Shown here: one piece after another, positions 29,201 through 36,594 of the stretch
How positions within the stretch are numbered: position 1 is the stretch's first letter
Layout: each line of letters starts with the position of its first letter
Origin: Candidatus Paceibacter sp.
Lineage (GTDB): Bacteria > Patescibacteriota > Minisyncoccia > Phycocordibacterales > GCA-2747955
Length of the DNA: 64,000 nt
Direction of reading: 5' to 3'
Assembly (NCBI GenBank): GCA_014237915.1
Contig: JABACC010000007.1
Location: 1,446-65,445, forward strand
Position numbers and translations under genes: made by a program
Notes under the pieces: model-generated
Database searches by the model: none
Told to the model about the DNA's origin: nothing
Seen by the model: the letters and a program-made list of their open reading frames with translations, nothing else

Positions 29201-30201
29201 CTGAAAAACTTGTTTTACATGATCCAGGACCAGCTAATTTTTCAGTAGGTTGGGAAAATCTTAAAGATGAGCTTAGGAGCGAAGGTTACAGAGGAGGTTG
29301 CAATATTATAGATGTTCCCTACGATTGGAGGTTAGAAATTCCAGAAATTAGAGATTTATACCTAATCCCTTGGATCGAAGAAGCAAAAAGACTAACAGGT
29401 AAAGATGAAGTTGATATTGTAGCTCATTCAATGGGCGGGCTTGTGGCCAGATCTTTTATTCAATCTTCAAAACATTTAAACGAAGTGAGAAATTTTGTAA
29501 TGGTAGGAACTCCAAACTCTGGCTCAGCCTCAACTTATCCTATCTGGGAAGGAGGGGATCCAATTTTAGTAGATAAAAATACTCAAGATTTATCAACTAT
29601 TGGAGGATATGTATCAAAGTATTTTTACACCAACACTATAAATAAAAATTATAAAAAAGTTATCGAAGATAAAGATTTATGCATTTGGGAATCAGGATTT
29701 TTACCTGCTCCAATTTATTGCAACAAAGAAAAAGTTTATGATTTTTTACATACATACTCTCCTTCTGTTGGAAACTTAATGCCAACATACCCCGGAGCTT
29801 TAAAAGATCATCTTAGCGAAGCAGATTTAAATATATCAGCTGAGCCAAATAATTTTCTTCTTGCTTTAAATAGTGGAGGAGATTACGGCAGAGATACATA
29901 TATTCACCCAGACGATATTAATAATAAAATATCAGGAGAGAGTATTCTTTTTTATGGAGATAATTTTGATACAATAGAAAATATAAAGGTAGATCAAAGC
30001 TTTTCTCATCAATTTTTGTATCAAGATGGAAAACCTTCTGGCCTAGATTTTATAATTAAAAATCAAGGAGACAAGACAGTTCCTAAAGTCTCAATACCGA
30101 TAGGTAATATTAATTTATCTTCTGATGTTTCAGATCAGGAACACGGGCGACTTATAAATGATTTAAAAGAAGAAATTGTTGAGTTTATTAATAATAATTA
30201 A
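26251..30201 (+). CDS. Giant secreted surface protein with C-terminal LCAT-like alpha/beta-hydrolase (phospholipase/acyltransferase) domain
   Basis: 1316 aa. N-terminal signal peptide (FLTPFISFGADIY). Roughly 900 aa of Asn/Gly/Tyr-rich repetitive beta-type sequence. C-terminal domain with PYDWR (the LCAT/PDAT-family YDWR motif), nucleophile elbow VAHSMGGLVAR (GxSxG), and downstream Asp/His candidates. Confidence 0.6.
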   Translation: MANRSFKIFLTLVFFLTPFISFGADIYLQKDNALWSDPTAWSGGVLPTSSDNVYLKKEDGTEFDKITIDSVATYLSMDASNIKEIDVKYNLYRSIEAPNSIVNFYNGSNQIASSNFKIKAKEIYFKEGTVEIIRYPYFEADKIVVEENASIYISITALGYYNSIEIKGDLIHNGKFFGVRDFDINLDGSFINNGEMEDVHHFYISKNIENNSVLPDDFYFRYKTSTSKNHPVEIKGSEKVSLIVTNDSNNIFYFHDSVDLKNFYSYYDSSVIDTENSLSIYLEDGKSFKAEKVYGHNVYFLNNNNFHLESYGSITFSPYRLPNIYAEKSTVIIEGDGIFKEIKAKEIYFLEGIHEYPYKGNTITADNIVLEEGSYIRNNQDPYQSGVEPLTINGDVKNMGSLGDDNFIINGNLENNGNVTNFKTIKVYGDVYNNGTFQENSRGDSPTIFAYGDFYNFGTYTSRNFYSYGNIDSSDILETSINLYENVDGIHKKLSFSGDYLNSNLIIRENITLDKSVREIPFDIEDAEIIVNSNFLEVPTLKNSKLEGDFVLEVRNIIDTEALNVKVSVSNDIGGNISVKNIVLTSGDLENGVNRVSDDVVRFETLEIEENVSLEVYKRAPKLYGKILNKGTIYGLDNYQELLFIFEDFNNQGIIENEISVYFYFNKEINQTNQYFIKEGTSFSEPSVDEIKTGYSARVEDYLNQTDKEFSIWYKLPEESEWKVNYFNVDFEIPEIVVPPPEPETLEFSFSNIEDHLKNEEVEITLSAARNLQDRDSKVRRKEMYFYLSTNKGDIVYPSVVTFAEDGDYYEKEKTFSMKIDEAESDIEIYIKDSEGNLLGTSKPFSVVESGKAYFKFREDHYHRYDLDIKLGTKDYSFESTKSINLMVLPCDENLSVIPKGNIFIPSDTGLIHQEFFYLPIQVNISCDTTDTIEIAKSIPYENWVCEDSDKTPVLLLPGIMGSDTKFNLSVYPQIPKDSPAWDSEKLVLHDPGPANFSVGWENLKDELRSEGYRGGCNIIDVPYDWRLEIPEIRDLYLIPWIEEAKRLTGKDEVDIVAHSMGGLVARSFIQSSKHLNEVRNFVMVGTPNSGSASTYPIWEGGDPILVDKNTQDLSTIGGYVSKYFYTNTINKNYKKVIEDKDLCIWESGFLPAPIYCNKEKVYDFLHTYSPSVGNLMPTYPGALKDHLSEADLNISAEPNNFLLALNSGGDYGRDTYIHPDDINNKISGESILFYGDNFDTIENIKVDQSFSHQFLYQDGKPSGLDFIIKNQGDKTVPKVSIPIGNINLSSDVSDQEHGRLINDLKEEIVEFINNN

Positions 30202-30203
30202 AT
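30141..30203 (+). repeat. Junction repeat copy 1 (3' end of giant-protein CDS + RBS/start of downstream gene)
   Basis: …aatgatttaaaagaagaaattgttgagtttattaataataattaaatATG…, repeated nearly identically at 30541 and 30921. Confidence 0.8.
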
Positions 30204-30539
30204 ATGAATATTATAGAAAAAATAAATATAAAATTAATATTGTTAACAATATATATATATATATATATAAATTTAGGCGGAGCTTATTTGGTATTTCAAT
30301 TTTCTAGAAGTTCTATGTGGGGTCAAGATTTTGACAATATTTTAAGTCATTTATTAGAAGTTCTAAATACTCTTTTTAACTTAATGTATTCTAACTTTTT
30401 AATATTTTTATTATTATTTACTTTTTCTTTTTTTCTTTCCAAGTTTTTCTTAAAAAAAGAAAATAAATTATATTATATTTTATTCCACATTTTAGCCTTA
30501 CCTGCATCTTTTTTTGGGTATTTTATTTTAGTTGTATAG
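30204..30539 (+). CDS. Small polytopic membrane protein (cassette paralog A); immunity-protein-like position
   Basis: 111 aa. Conserved N-terminus MNIIEKINIKLILLTIYIYIYI and C-terminus YILFHILALPASFFGYFILVV shared with the next ORF; middle diverged. Contains (AT)10 at 30249-30269. Confidence 0.4.
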   Translation: MNIIEKINIKLILLTIYIYIYINLGGAYLVFQFSRSSMWGQDFDNILSHLLEVLNTLFNLMYSNFLIFLLLFTFSFFLSKFFLKKENKLYYILFHILALPASFFGYFILVV

Positions 30540-30540
30540 G

Positions 30541-30600
30541 TTAGTAAATGACTTAAAAGAAGAAATTGTTGAGTTTATTAATAATAATTAAATATGAATA
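30541..30600 (+). repeat. Junction repeat copy 2
   Basis: gttagtaaatgacttaaaagaagaaattgttgagtttattaataataattaaatatgaatattatag: duplicates the last roughly 50 nt of the giant CDS plus the start of the small gene. Confidence 0.8.
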
Positions 30601-30920
30601 TTATAGAAAAAATAAATATAAAATTAATATTATTAACAATATATATATATATATATATTAGTCTGGGGGGAGTTTTTGCAACAATGATATTTTCAGATTT
30701 TCGTATAGATGAATTAGTTACCGCTTTTTTTTATTCTTTTATTCCTTTTTTTATTTATATTTGGAGTAAACACTTTGTTATTTCTTTGATTTCGGTGATC
30801 ATCTCTTTTTCACTTGTTAAATTTAATATGATAAAAAAAATAAAAAAAATCTACATAATACTATTTCATATTTTAATTTTACCCCTTTCTTTTTTTGGGT
30901 ATTTTATTTTATTTGTATAG
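30594..30920 (+). CDS. Small polytopic membrane protein (cassette paralog B)
   Basis: 108 aa. Same conserved termini as paralog A with a different central segment. (AT)10 tract at 30639-30658. Confidence 0.4.
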   Translation: MNIIEKINIKLILLTIYIYIYISLGGVFATMIFSDFRIDELVTAFFYSFIPFFIYIWSKHFVISLISVIISFSLVKFNMIKKIKKIYIILFHILILPLSFFGYFILFV

Positions 30921-30980
30921 GTTAGTAAATGACTTAAAAGAAGAAATTGTTGAGTTTATAATTAATAATAATTAAATATG
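30921..30980 (+). repeat. Junction repeat copy 3 (with 5-nt insertion)
   Basis: gttagtaaatgacttaaaagaagaaattgttgagtttataattaataataattaaatATGaaaaatc… The ATG at 30976 opens a 21-codon frame that stops inside an (AT)6 tract, 1 nt out of frame with the 31010 ORF. Confidence 0.75.
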
Positions 30981-31009
30981 AAAAATCTAAAAGAATTTAT
31001 TAAAAAAGA

Positions 31010-31627
31010 TTGGTGGAGATTAATATTAATATATATATATTAATATTAGTAATTTTCCCTAATATTTTAATAGGATTATCATTTAGTATAACATATTTTG
31101 AATTTATTACATATTACCTTGAAGAAACAAAAACAATCTTTCTTACACTAGGTATAGCTTTTGGTTTTTTCTTATTTTTTCTATCAATATTTAAATTTAT
31201 TTTTGTAGAAAAATATTTTCTAGCATTTAACACATTTTTCGCAATCTCCCTGCCTACGATATACAGCGTTTTACGTATAGGAGAAGTATCAAGTCTTTTT
31301 TACGCAATACTTATGATGTTTATTTTTTTCGTAATTGTCCCTTTGGTATTTGAAAGTATATTTAAAGAAAAATATTTTTTATTTTTTAATGCGTTTATAC
31401 TCTTATTAGCAATTTTTATTTTTTCTTTTTTAAATTCGATAGTTTTATATTTTTTTTTAGCTCTTGCTGTATACATAATTTTACTTTTATTTTTTCTATC
31501 AATATTTAAATTTTCTCTTAATGAAAAAGTTAGAAATTACATAACAATATCTTTATTTTTTTTCTATATATTTTTCTTCGTAGCTCTATATTTTTATTTT
31601 TATAATATTTTTATACCCAGTCTTTAA
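31010..31627 (+). CDS. Polytopic membrane protein (cassette-associated); N-terminus possibly phase-variable via (AT)n
   Basis: 205 aa, roughly 6 TM helices. An internal near-repeat (FFLFFLSIFKFIFVEKYFL ... LLLFFLSIFKFSLNEK) suggests internal duplication. Confidence 0.35.
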   Translation: MVEININIYILILVIFPNILIGLSFSITYFEFITYYLEETKTIFLTLGIAFGFFLFFLSIFKFIFVEKYFLAFNTFFAISLPTIYSVLRIGEVSSLFYAILMMFIFFVIVPLVFESIFKEKYFLFFNAFILLLAIFIFSFLNSIVLYFFLALAVYIILLLFFLSIFKFSLNEKVRNYITISLFFFYIFFFVALYFYFYNIFIPSL

Positions 31628-31637
31628 TTTTTAAAAA

Positions 31638-32219
31638 ATGCAAAGTTTAGAAAAATTAAAAAAAAATATTCAAAAAAACTTTTATGTAATTTTAGCTTTT
31701 TTAATTCCATTAATTCTTATTATTTCAGTAGCTTTAAATATTTATTTTTCTGCACTTTCTGTTAATTCCAGCCATGAATTTATCTACACTTCTTGCATGA
31801 AAAAAAATACAGATTGCGATAATAGTTATAGAGAAAATTATAAAGAAAATTTTTATTCTGTTTCTAATAAAAAAATAATTAAAAATTTTGAAGAAGGCCA
31901 AGTTGTAGATGAAAAAGAGATTGAAAAAAGAGATATTCCAAATCTTTTTATATACAATCCTGAAAATAATTCTAGCAGAGAGGTTCTCTTTGAAGAGATA
32001 GAAAATCTAAAAATTAGAGAACAAATCACTTCCCCAGAAGGAGTTATACTTTTATATGATTTTGACAGAAATCCTGGAGGTTTTTTATTGTTTGAGGGAG
32101 GTGGTTATGACTATGAATTTTTTTTAGCAAAAGAAAATAAAAAAAGAAAAATAAATCTAATTTCAAATGGAACAAGGTGGGAAAAACCAATCCATTTTAT
32201 TGGTTGGATAGAAAATTAA
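31638..32219 (+). CDS. Hypothetical membrane-anchored/secreted protein
   Basis: 193 aa. N-terminal TM and a soluble domain with two Cys. No motif recognised. Confidence 0.3.
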   Translation: MQSLEKLKKNIQKNFYVILAFLIPLILIISVALNIYFSALSVNSSHEFIYTSCMKKNTDCDNSYRENYKENFYSVSNKKIIKNFEEGQVVDEKEIEKRDIPNLFIYNPENNSSREVLFEEIENLKIREQITSPEGVILLYDFDRNPGGFLLFEGGGYDYEFFLAKENKKRKINLISNGTRWEKPIHFIGWIEN

Positions 32220-32236
32220 TTAAATAATCAAAAAAT

Positions 32237-32770
32237 ATGAAAAAAGAAAAAATATTAGAAGAGCTTGCTTTAAAAATTATAAAAAAAGAAATAAGTAAAG
32301 ATGAAGTTGATATAGTGGCTCATTCAATGGGCGGGCTTGTGGCCAGATCTTTTATTCAATCTTCAAAACATTTAAACGAAGTGAGAAATTTTGTAATGGT
32401 AGGAACTCCAAACTCTGGCTCAGCCTCAACTTATCCTATCTGGGAAGGAGGGGATCCTATGGAAGTAGATATTTTACTAGGCGGAACTTTCGCTATCATT
32501 TTTTTTAACGAAGGAGATATATCGATGCTCAAATGGAATATTTTATATTTTTTGTTTACCATCTTTTGTGTTTTTCTATCTGTTAAAATGAAGAGTACTT
32601 CCATTTTATCTATTAATACATTATTTTTACTTTTATATATTTCTTATAATGTTAATGAATATTTTTCAAACTCCGTCAGCTTTCCTTTTTTGATCATCGT
32701 TTTAGGTTTTATTTTTTTACTTTTCGGATATCTTGCATTTCATTTTAATAAAAAATATATTAAAAACTAG
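32237..32770 (+). CDS. Orphan fragment: duplicated lipase active-site segment fused to a hydrophobic C-terminal region (possible pseudogene or recombination cassette)
   Basis: nt 32300-32460 are near-identical (one or two mismatches over about 160 nt) to nt 29401-29560 of the giant CDS. These encode EVDIVAHSMGGLVARSFIQSSKHLNEVRNFVMVGTPNSGSASTYPIWEGGDP. Flanks are unrelated; the C-terminal 100 aa are TM-rich. Confidence 0.35.
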   Translation: MKKEKILEELALKIIKKEISKDEVDIVAHSMGGLVARSFIQSSKHLNEVRNFVMVGTPNSGSASTYPIWEGGDPMEVDILLGGTFAIIFFNEGDISMLKWNILYFLFTIFCVFLSVKMKSTSILSINTLFLLLYISYNVNEYFSNSVSFPFLIIVLGFIFLLFGYLAFHFNKKYIKN

Positions 32771-32879
32771 AACTTAAAAATATCTGGGGATAAGTTTTTT
32801 ATTTTTTTAAAAAAGTGTGCTTTAATGTATTTAAGCGAAAATAACTTTTTTCTGCTCTTTGTAATATAATTAATTCGAT

Positions 32880-33761
32880 ATGATAAATTTTAAAAATAAT
32901 TTTAAAAAAATATTTTATATATTTTTTTGTTTACCGGCAATGTCTTTTGCTTCTGACTTTTCTTTTTCTTTCCCTGGATTTGTTAACGGATATGTGGAAA
33001 ACCAAAATGGAGAAAAAGCCGGAATTTTTGATTTGGATATTTGGGAAGAAATTGAAGGATATGATTTATATTTAAGCACTGAAAACGGAAGCAGAATAAC
33101 CTTGAATGAAATTGAAGACGGAAATTATAAAATATTTTTACAAGCATATGAAGAAATTGGAGAATATGAAACAAGTATTTTATTTGTTAATGATTTAGGC
33201 GATGTAAATTATTATTCACAAAATCATTATTTAAAGACTGGAAGAAACATAGATCTTCTAAATTTTTCTATAGAAAACGGAGAACTTGTTCTAGGTAAAG
33301 AATTTTCTCCAGTTGACGGAGTGAAGATAGATTATAGAAGTGGCCAAGAATTTTTACTTTGGAATGAAGTAGCTGGAGCCATAGCTTATGATATTTTTAA
33401 AAAAATGCCCGGAGAGGAAATACAAAATTTATATTCTATATCTGGAACGGAAACCCAGCTTATGGTCACAACTCCAAAAAGTTCAGAGTTTTATATTTCT
33501 GCAGTTTTTTCTAGAGAAAGTGGAGTTAAAGAAAAATCAGTCTTACATTATGGATCTTTAGGAACTTATGCTCCTGGGAAAGATGACGACGAAGATTCTA
33601 TCTCTGATTACTGGGAAGATGTTATTGGAACAGACAAAAACAATCCAGACTCAGATGGAGACGGAGTGGGAGATTTGGAAGAGATTTTAGGGGGGACAGA
33701 CCCAACCGTTGCAGATGTTTGGGAAGAAATCGTTTTATTTTTTAAGAGACTTTTTAGTTAA
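32880..33761 (+). CDS. Secreted protein with C-terminal thrombospondin type-3-like Ca-binding repeats
   Basis: 293 aa. Signal peptide (…CLPAMSFASDF). C-terminal D-rich DxDxDG-type motifs (DDDEDSISDYWEDVIGTDKNNPDSDGDGVGDLEEILGGTDP). Confidence 0.4.
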   Translation: MINFKNNFKKIFYIFFCLPAMSFASDFSFSFPGFVNGYVENQNGEKAGIFDLDIWEEIEGYDLYLSTENGSRITLNEIEDGNYKIFLQAYEEIGEYETSILFVNDLGDVNYYSQNHYLKTGRNIDLLNFSIENGELVLGKEFSPVDGVKIDYRSGQEFLLWNEVAGAIAYDIFKKMPGEEIQNLYSISGTETQLMVTTPKSSEFYISAVFSRESGVKEKSVLHYGSLGTYAPGKDDDEDSISDYWEDVIGTDKNNPDSDGDGVGDLEEILGGTDPTVADVWEEIVLFFKRLFS

Positions 33762-33797
33762 TTTATAAAATTTATTTTTTTGTTAAAATAGCTTTAA

Positions 33798-34103
33798 ATG
33801 AAAAAAAATTTTCAACAAAAAGTTTTGGAAAAAATAGAAAAAATTCCTAAAGGAAAAATAGTTACTTATAAAATTTTAGCTAAAAGTTTAAACTCAGATG
33901 CTTATCGCGCCGTAGGATCTTGTTTGGCAAAAAATAAAAATCCTGAAAAATTTCCTTGCCACCGAGTTGTTCGTTCGGATGGAAAAATTGGTGATTATGC
34001 TTTTGGAGGAGAAAAAAATAAAAGTAAGATTTTAAAAAAAGAGGGGATAAATATAAAAAATAATAAAATTGTAGAAATGGAAAAATTTTTATATAAATTA
34101 TAA
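33798..34103 (+). CDS. Methylated-DNA-protein-cysteine methyltransferase DNA-binding/active-site domain protein (Ogt/MGMT-like, stand-alone C-terminal domain)
   Basis: 101 aa with a PCHRVV active-site motif and the helix-turn-helix of the MGMT C-domain. Confidence 0.65.
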   Translation: MKKNFQQKVLEKIEKIPKGKIVTYKILAKSLNSDAYRAVGSCLAKNKNPEKFPCHRVVRSDGKIGDYAFGGEKNKSKILKKEGINIKNNKIVEMEKFLYKL

Positions 34104-34128
34104 AAAATATTAATTTAATTAATTTATT

Positions 34129-34410
34129 ATGAAAGCAATTTGGAAAGACAAGATTTTAGCAGAAAGTGACAAAACTATTGTTATTGAAAATAATCATTAT
34201 TTTCCAGCAGAATCTTTAAATATGGAATTTTTTGAAGAAAGTTCACACACCTCTGACTGCCCTTGGAAAGGACATGCAAAATATTATTCGGTTGTTGTTG
34301 ACGGAGAAAAAAAATCTGACTCAGCTTGGTATTACCCAGAACCTTTTGATGCAGCTCAAGAAATAAAAGGAATGGTTGCTTTTTGGAAAGGAATTGAGAT
34401 TATTCAATAA
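34129..34410 (+). CDS. DUF427-family small protein
   Basis: 93 aa. Pattern …HYFPAESL…CPWKGHAKYYSVVVDG…AWYYPEP… recalled as typical of DUF427. Confidence 0.45.
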   Translation: MKAIWKDKILAESDKTIVIENNHYFPAESLNMEFFEESSHTSDCPWKGHAKYYSVVVDGEKKSDSAWYYPEPFDAAQEIKGMVAFWKGIEIIQ

Positions 34411-34453
34411 TTTTTTTTAATTTTTCTAATTTGGAAATTTAAATAAATTTGGG

Positions 34454-34487
34454 GGCGGAAAAATTGGCGAAGCCAATTTTTCCGCCG
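34454..34487. terminator. Palindromic GNRA-loop hairpin (family member 4)
   Basis: ggcggaaaaattggc-gaag-ccaatttttccgcc between the DUF427 gene and tyrS. Confidence 0.4.
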
Positions 34488-34539
34488 CACTTATTTCTAT
34501 TTTAAAAATTTTATAAAAAAAATTTGCTATAATTTAAAA

Positions 34540-35760
34540 ATGTTAAAAAATTTTTTTGAAAAAAAAATAAAAATAAATACTGATGAGAAAAAAATTTCGG
34601 AAGTTGTTTCCAGAGGCGTTGTGAAAAATTTTCCCTCTGATGAATTTTTAAGAAAAAAACTTTCTTCAGGAGTTGCTCAAAAAATTTATTTAGGAATCGA
34701 TCCGACTGGCCCAACTTTGCATATGGGGCACGCCGTTTCTTTAAAAAAATTACAAGCTCTTCAAAAAATGGGCCATAAAATTATTTTATTGATTGGGGAT
34801 TTTACTGCCCGAATTGGTGATCCTGACAAAAAAAATGTCAGATCTCAACTTTCACATAAAGAGGTTTTAGAAAACTCTAAACTTTATAAAAAACAAGCAG
34901 AAGTTTTTTTGAATTTTTCTGGAAAAAATCCAGCTTCTTTAAAATATAATCACAATTGGCTTTCTAAATTAAATTTTGAAGATGTTATAAAACTTTGTTC
35001 GAAGGTGACAGTTCAAAGAATGCTTGATAGAGATATGTTTAGAAAAAGAATGACAGAAGAAAAACCAATTTATCTTCATGAATTTTTATATCCATTAATG
35101 CAAGGTTATGACGCAGTTGCAATGGATGTAGATGGAGAAATCGGAGGAAACGACCAAACTTTTAATATGCTCACAGGGCGAGATTTAATGAAAGAATATT
35201 CAGGAAAAGAAAAATTTGTTATTCCTATGAAACTTTTAGTTGATAATTCTGGTTCCAAAATGGGAAAAACAACAGGAAACATGCTTTCTTTTTTAGATTC
35301 AGCAGACGAAATGTTTGGAAAAATTATGTCTTGGAATGATGAAATGATTGTTTTAGGATTTGAGCTTTTAACAGACAAAAATTTAGAAGAAATTACAAAA
35401 AGATTAGAAAGTGGAGAAAACCCAAAAAATTTAAAAACAGAACTTGCTTTAGAAATTATTGAAATTTTTTACAACAAAGAAAAAGCACAAAAAGCACAGA
35501 AAAATTGGCAAGCTCAGTTTTCAGAAAGAGGAATTCCGGAAAATTTAGAAGAGATAGAAATTTTAAATGGCGAGAAAATTTTAGAGGTTTTGAAAAAAGC
35601 AGAATTTATTTTTTCCAACAAAGAAGGAAAAAGAAAAATTGACGAAAAGGCAGTGCAAATTGATGGAGAAAAAATTTTAGATTATGATTTTTCTTTTAAT
35701 AAAAACGGGGAAAAAATTTTAAAACTTGGAAAAAAAATGAAAAAAATTATTATTAAATAA
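34540..35760 (+). CDS. tyrS: Tyrosyl-tRNA synthetase
   Basis: Class I signatures GIDPTGPTLHMGHAV (HIGH) and KMGKT (KMSKS). C-terminal S4-like domain. 406 aa. Confidence 0.85.
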   Translation: MLKNFFEKKIKINTDEKKISEVVSRGVVKNFPSDEFLRKKLSSGVAQKIYLGIDPTGPTLHMGHAVSLKKLQALQKMGHKIILLIGDFTARIGDPDKKNVRSQLSHKEVLENSKLYKKQAEVFLNFSGKNPASLKYNHNWLSKLNFEDVIKLCSKVTVQRMLDRDMFRKRMTEEKPIYLHEFLYPLMQGYDAVAMDVDGEIGGNDQTFNMLTGRDLMKEYSGKEKFVIPMKLLVDNSGSKMGKTTGNMLSFLDSADEMFGKIMSWNDEMIVLGFELLTDKNLEEITKRLESGENPKNLKTELALEIIEIFYNKEKAQKAQKNWQAQFSERGIPENLEEIEILNGEKILEVLKKAEFIFSNKEGKRKIDEKAVQIDGEKILDYDFSFNKNGEKILKLGKKMKKIIIK

Positions 35761-35768
35761 TTAAAAAA

Positions 35769-36212
35769 ATGGACGATAAATATTTTTTAAAAAAAGCATA
35801 TGAGCAAGCAAAAAAAAGTTACGACGAGGGAGGAATTCCTATCGGTTCTGTTATTGTAAATAATGGAGAAATTATAGGGGCAGGGCATAATCAAAGAATT
35901 CAAAAAGGCAGTCCTATTTTACACGGAGAAATGGATGCTTTTGAAAATGCAGGAAGAGTAAAAGCTTCAGTTTATAAAAACTCAGTTTTGTACACAACAC
36001 TTTCTCCTTGTCCGATGTGTTCTGGAACAATTTTGCTTTATGGAATAAAAAAAGTTGTTATTGGTGAAAATAAAAATTTTTTAGGAAGTGAAGAGCTTTT
36101 AAAAAAAAACGGAGTGGAAGTTTTAGTTTTGGACGATAAAAATTGTATTTTTTTGATGGAAAAATTTATTAAAGAAAAACCAGAAATTTGGAATGAAGAT
36201 ATTGGAGTTTAG
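35769..36212 (+). CDS. Cytidine/deoxycytidylate-type zinc deaminase (nucleoside/nucleotide or tRNA-adenosine deaminase family)
   Basis: CDA-fold Zn motifs HGEMDAF (H-x-E) and SPCPMCSG (PCxxC). 147 aa. Confidence 0.7.
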   Translation: MDDKYFLKKAYEQAKKSYDEGGIPIGSVIVNNGEIIGAGHNQRIQKGSPILHGEMDAFENAGRVKASVYKNSVLYTTLSPCPMCSGTILLYGIKKVVIGENKNFLGSEELLKKNGVEVLVLDDKNCIFLMEKFIKEKPEIWNEDIGV

Positions 36213-36242
36213 CCTCAGAAATATTATAAATTAGAATAAAAA

Positions 36243-36287
36243 TTTTTTTGAGTGAAAATTGCTGAAAGCAATTTTCACTCAAAAAAA
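36243..36287. terminator. Palindromic GNRA-loop hairpin (family member 5)
   Basis: tttttttgagtgaaaattgc-tgaaag-caattttcactcaaaaaaa. A second canonical terminator (aaagcccgaaagggcttttt) lies at about 36348-36368. Confidence 0.45.
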
Positions 36288-36401
36288 TTTCCATTCTTTA
36301 CTTTTCTTGCTTTTTTTAAAAAAAAATATAAAATAGAGATATTAGAAAAGCCCGAAAGGGCTTTTTAAAATAAATTATTAAATATAAAATTAAATAAAAT
36401 T

Positions 36402-36569
36402 ATGGAATATCTTAAAGGCGTACGCGAAGAGTTTGGAAAAATTACTTGGCCAACTCAAAAAACAACTTTATATTTTACAATCGCAGTTGTTTGTATATCT
36501 TTATTTTTTGCAGCTTATTTAGGAATTTTAGATTATTTGTTTTCAATGTTTACAAATAGTTTGATATAA
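36402..36569 (+). CDS. secE: Preprotein translocase subunit SecE (short form). Not in the supplied ORF track (<60 aa).
   Basis: 55-aa ORF MEYLKGVREEFGKITWPTQKTTLYFTIAVVCISLFFAAYLGILDYLFSMF… with the conserved (V/T)-x-W-P-T motif before a single TM helix. Sits immediately upstream of nusG-rplK (classic secE-nusG-rplK order). Confidence 0.6.
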   Translation: MEYLKGVREEFGKITWPTQKTTLYFTIAVVCISLFFAAYLGILDYLFSMFTNSLI

Positions 36570-36594
36570 AATTATTAATTAAATAAATAAAATT

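Noticed and set aside
30204-32770. Possibility that the repeated cassette region is a CRISPR array or IS element
   Set aside because: The repeats are about 60 nt junction sequences bounding ORFs, not short regular repeat-spacer units. No transposase or terminal inverted repeats recognised.
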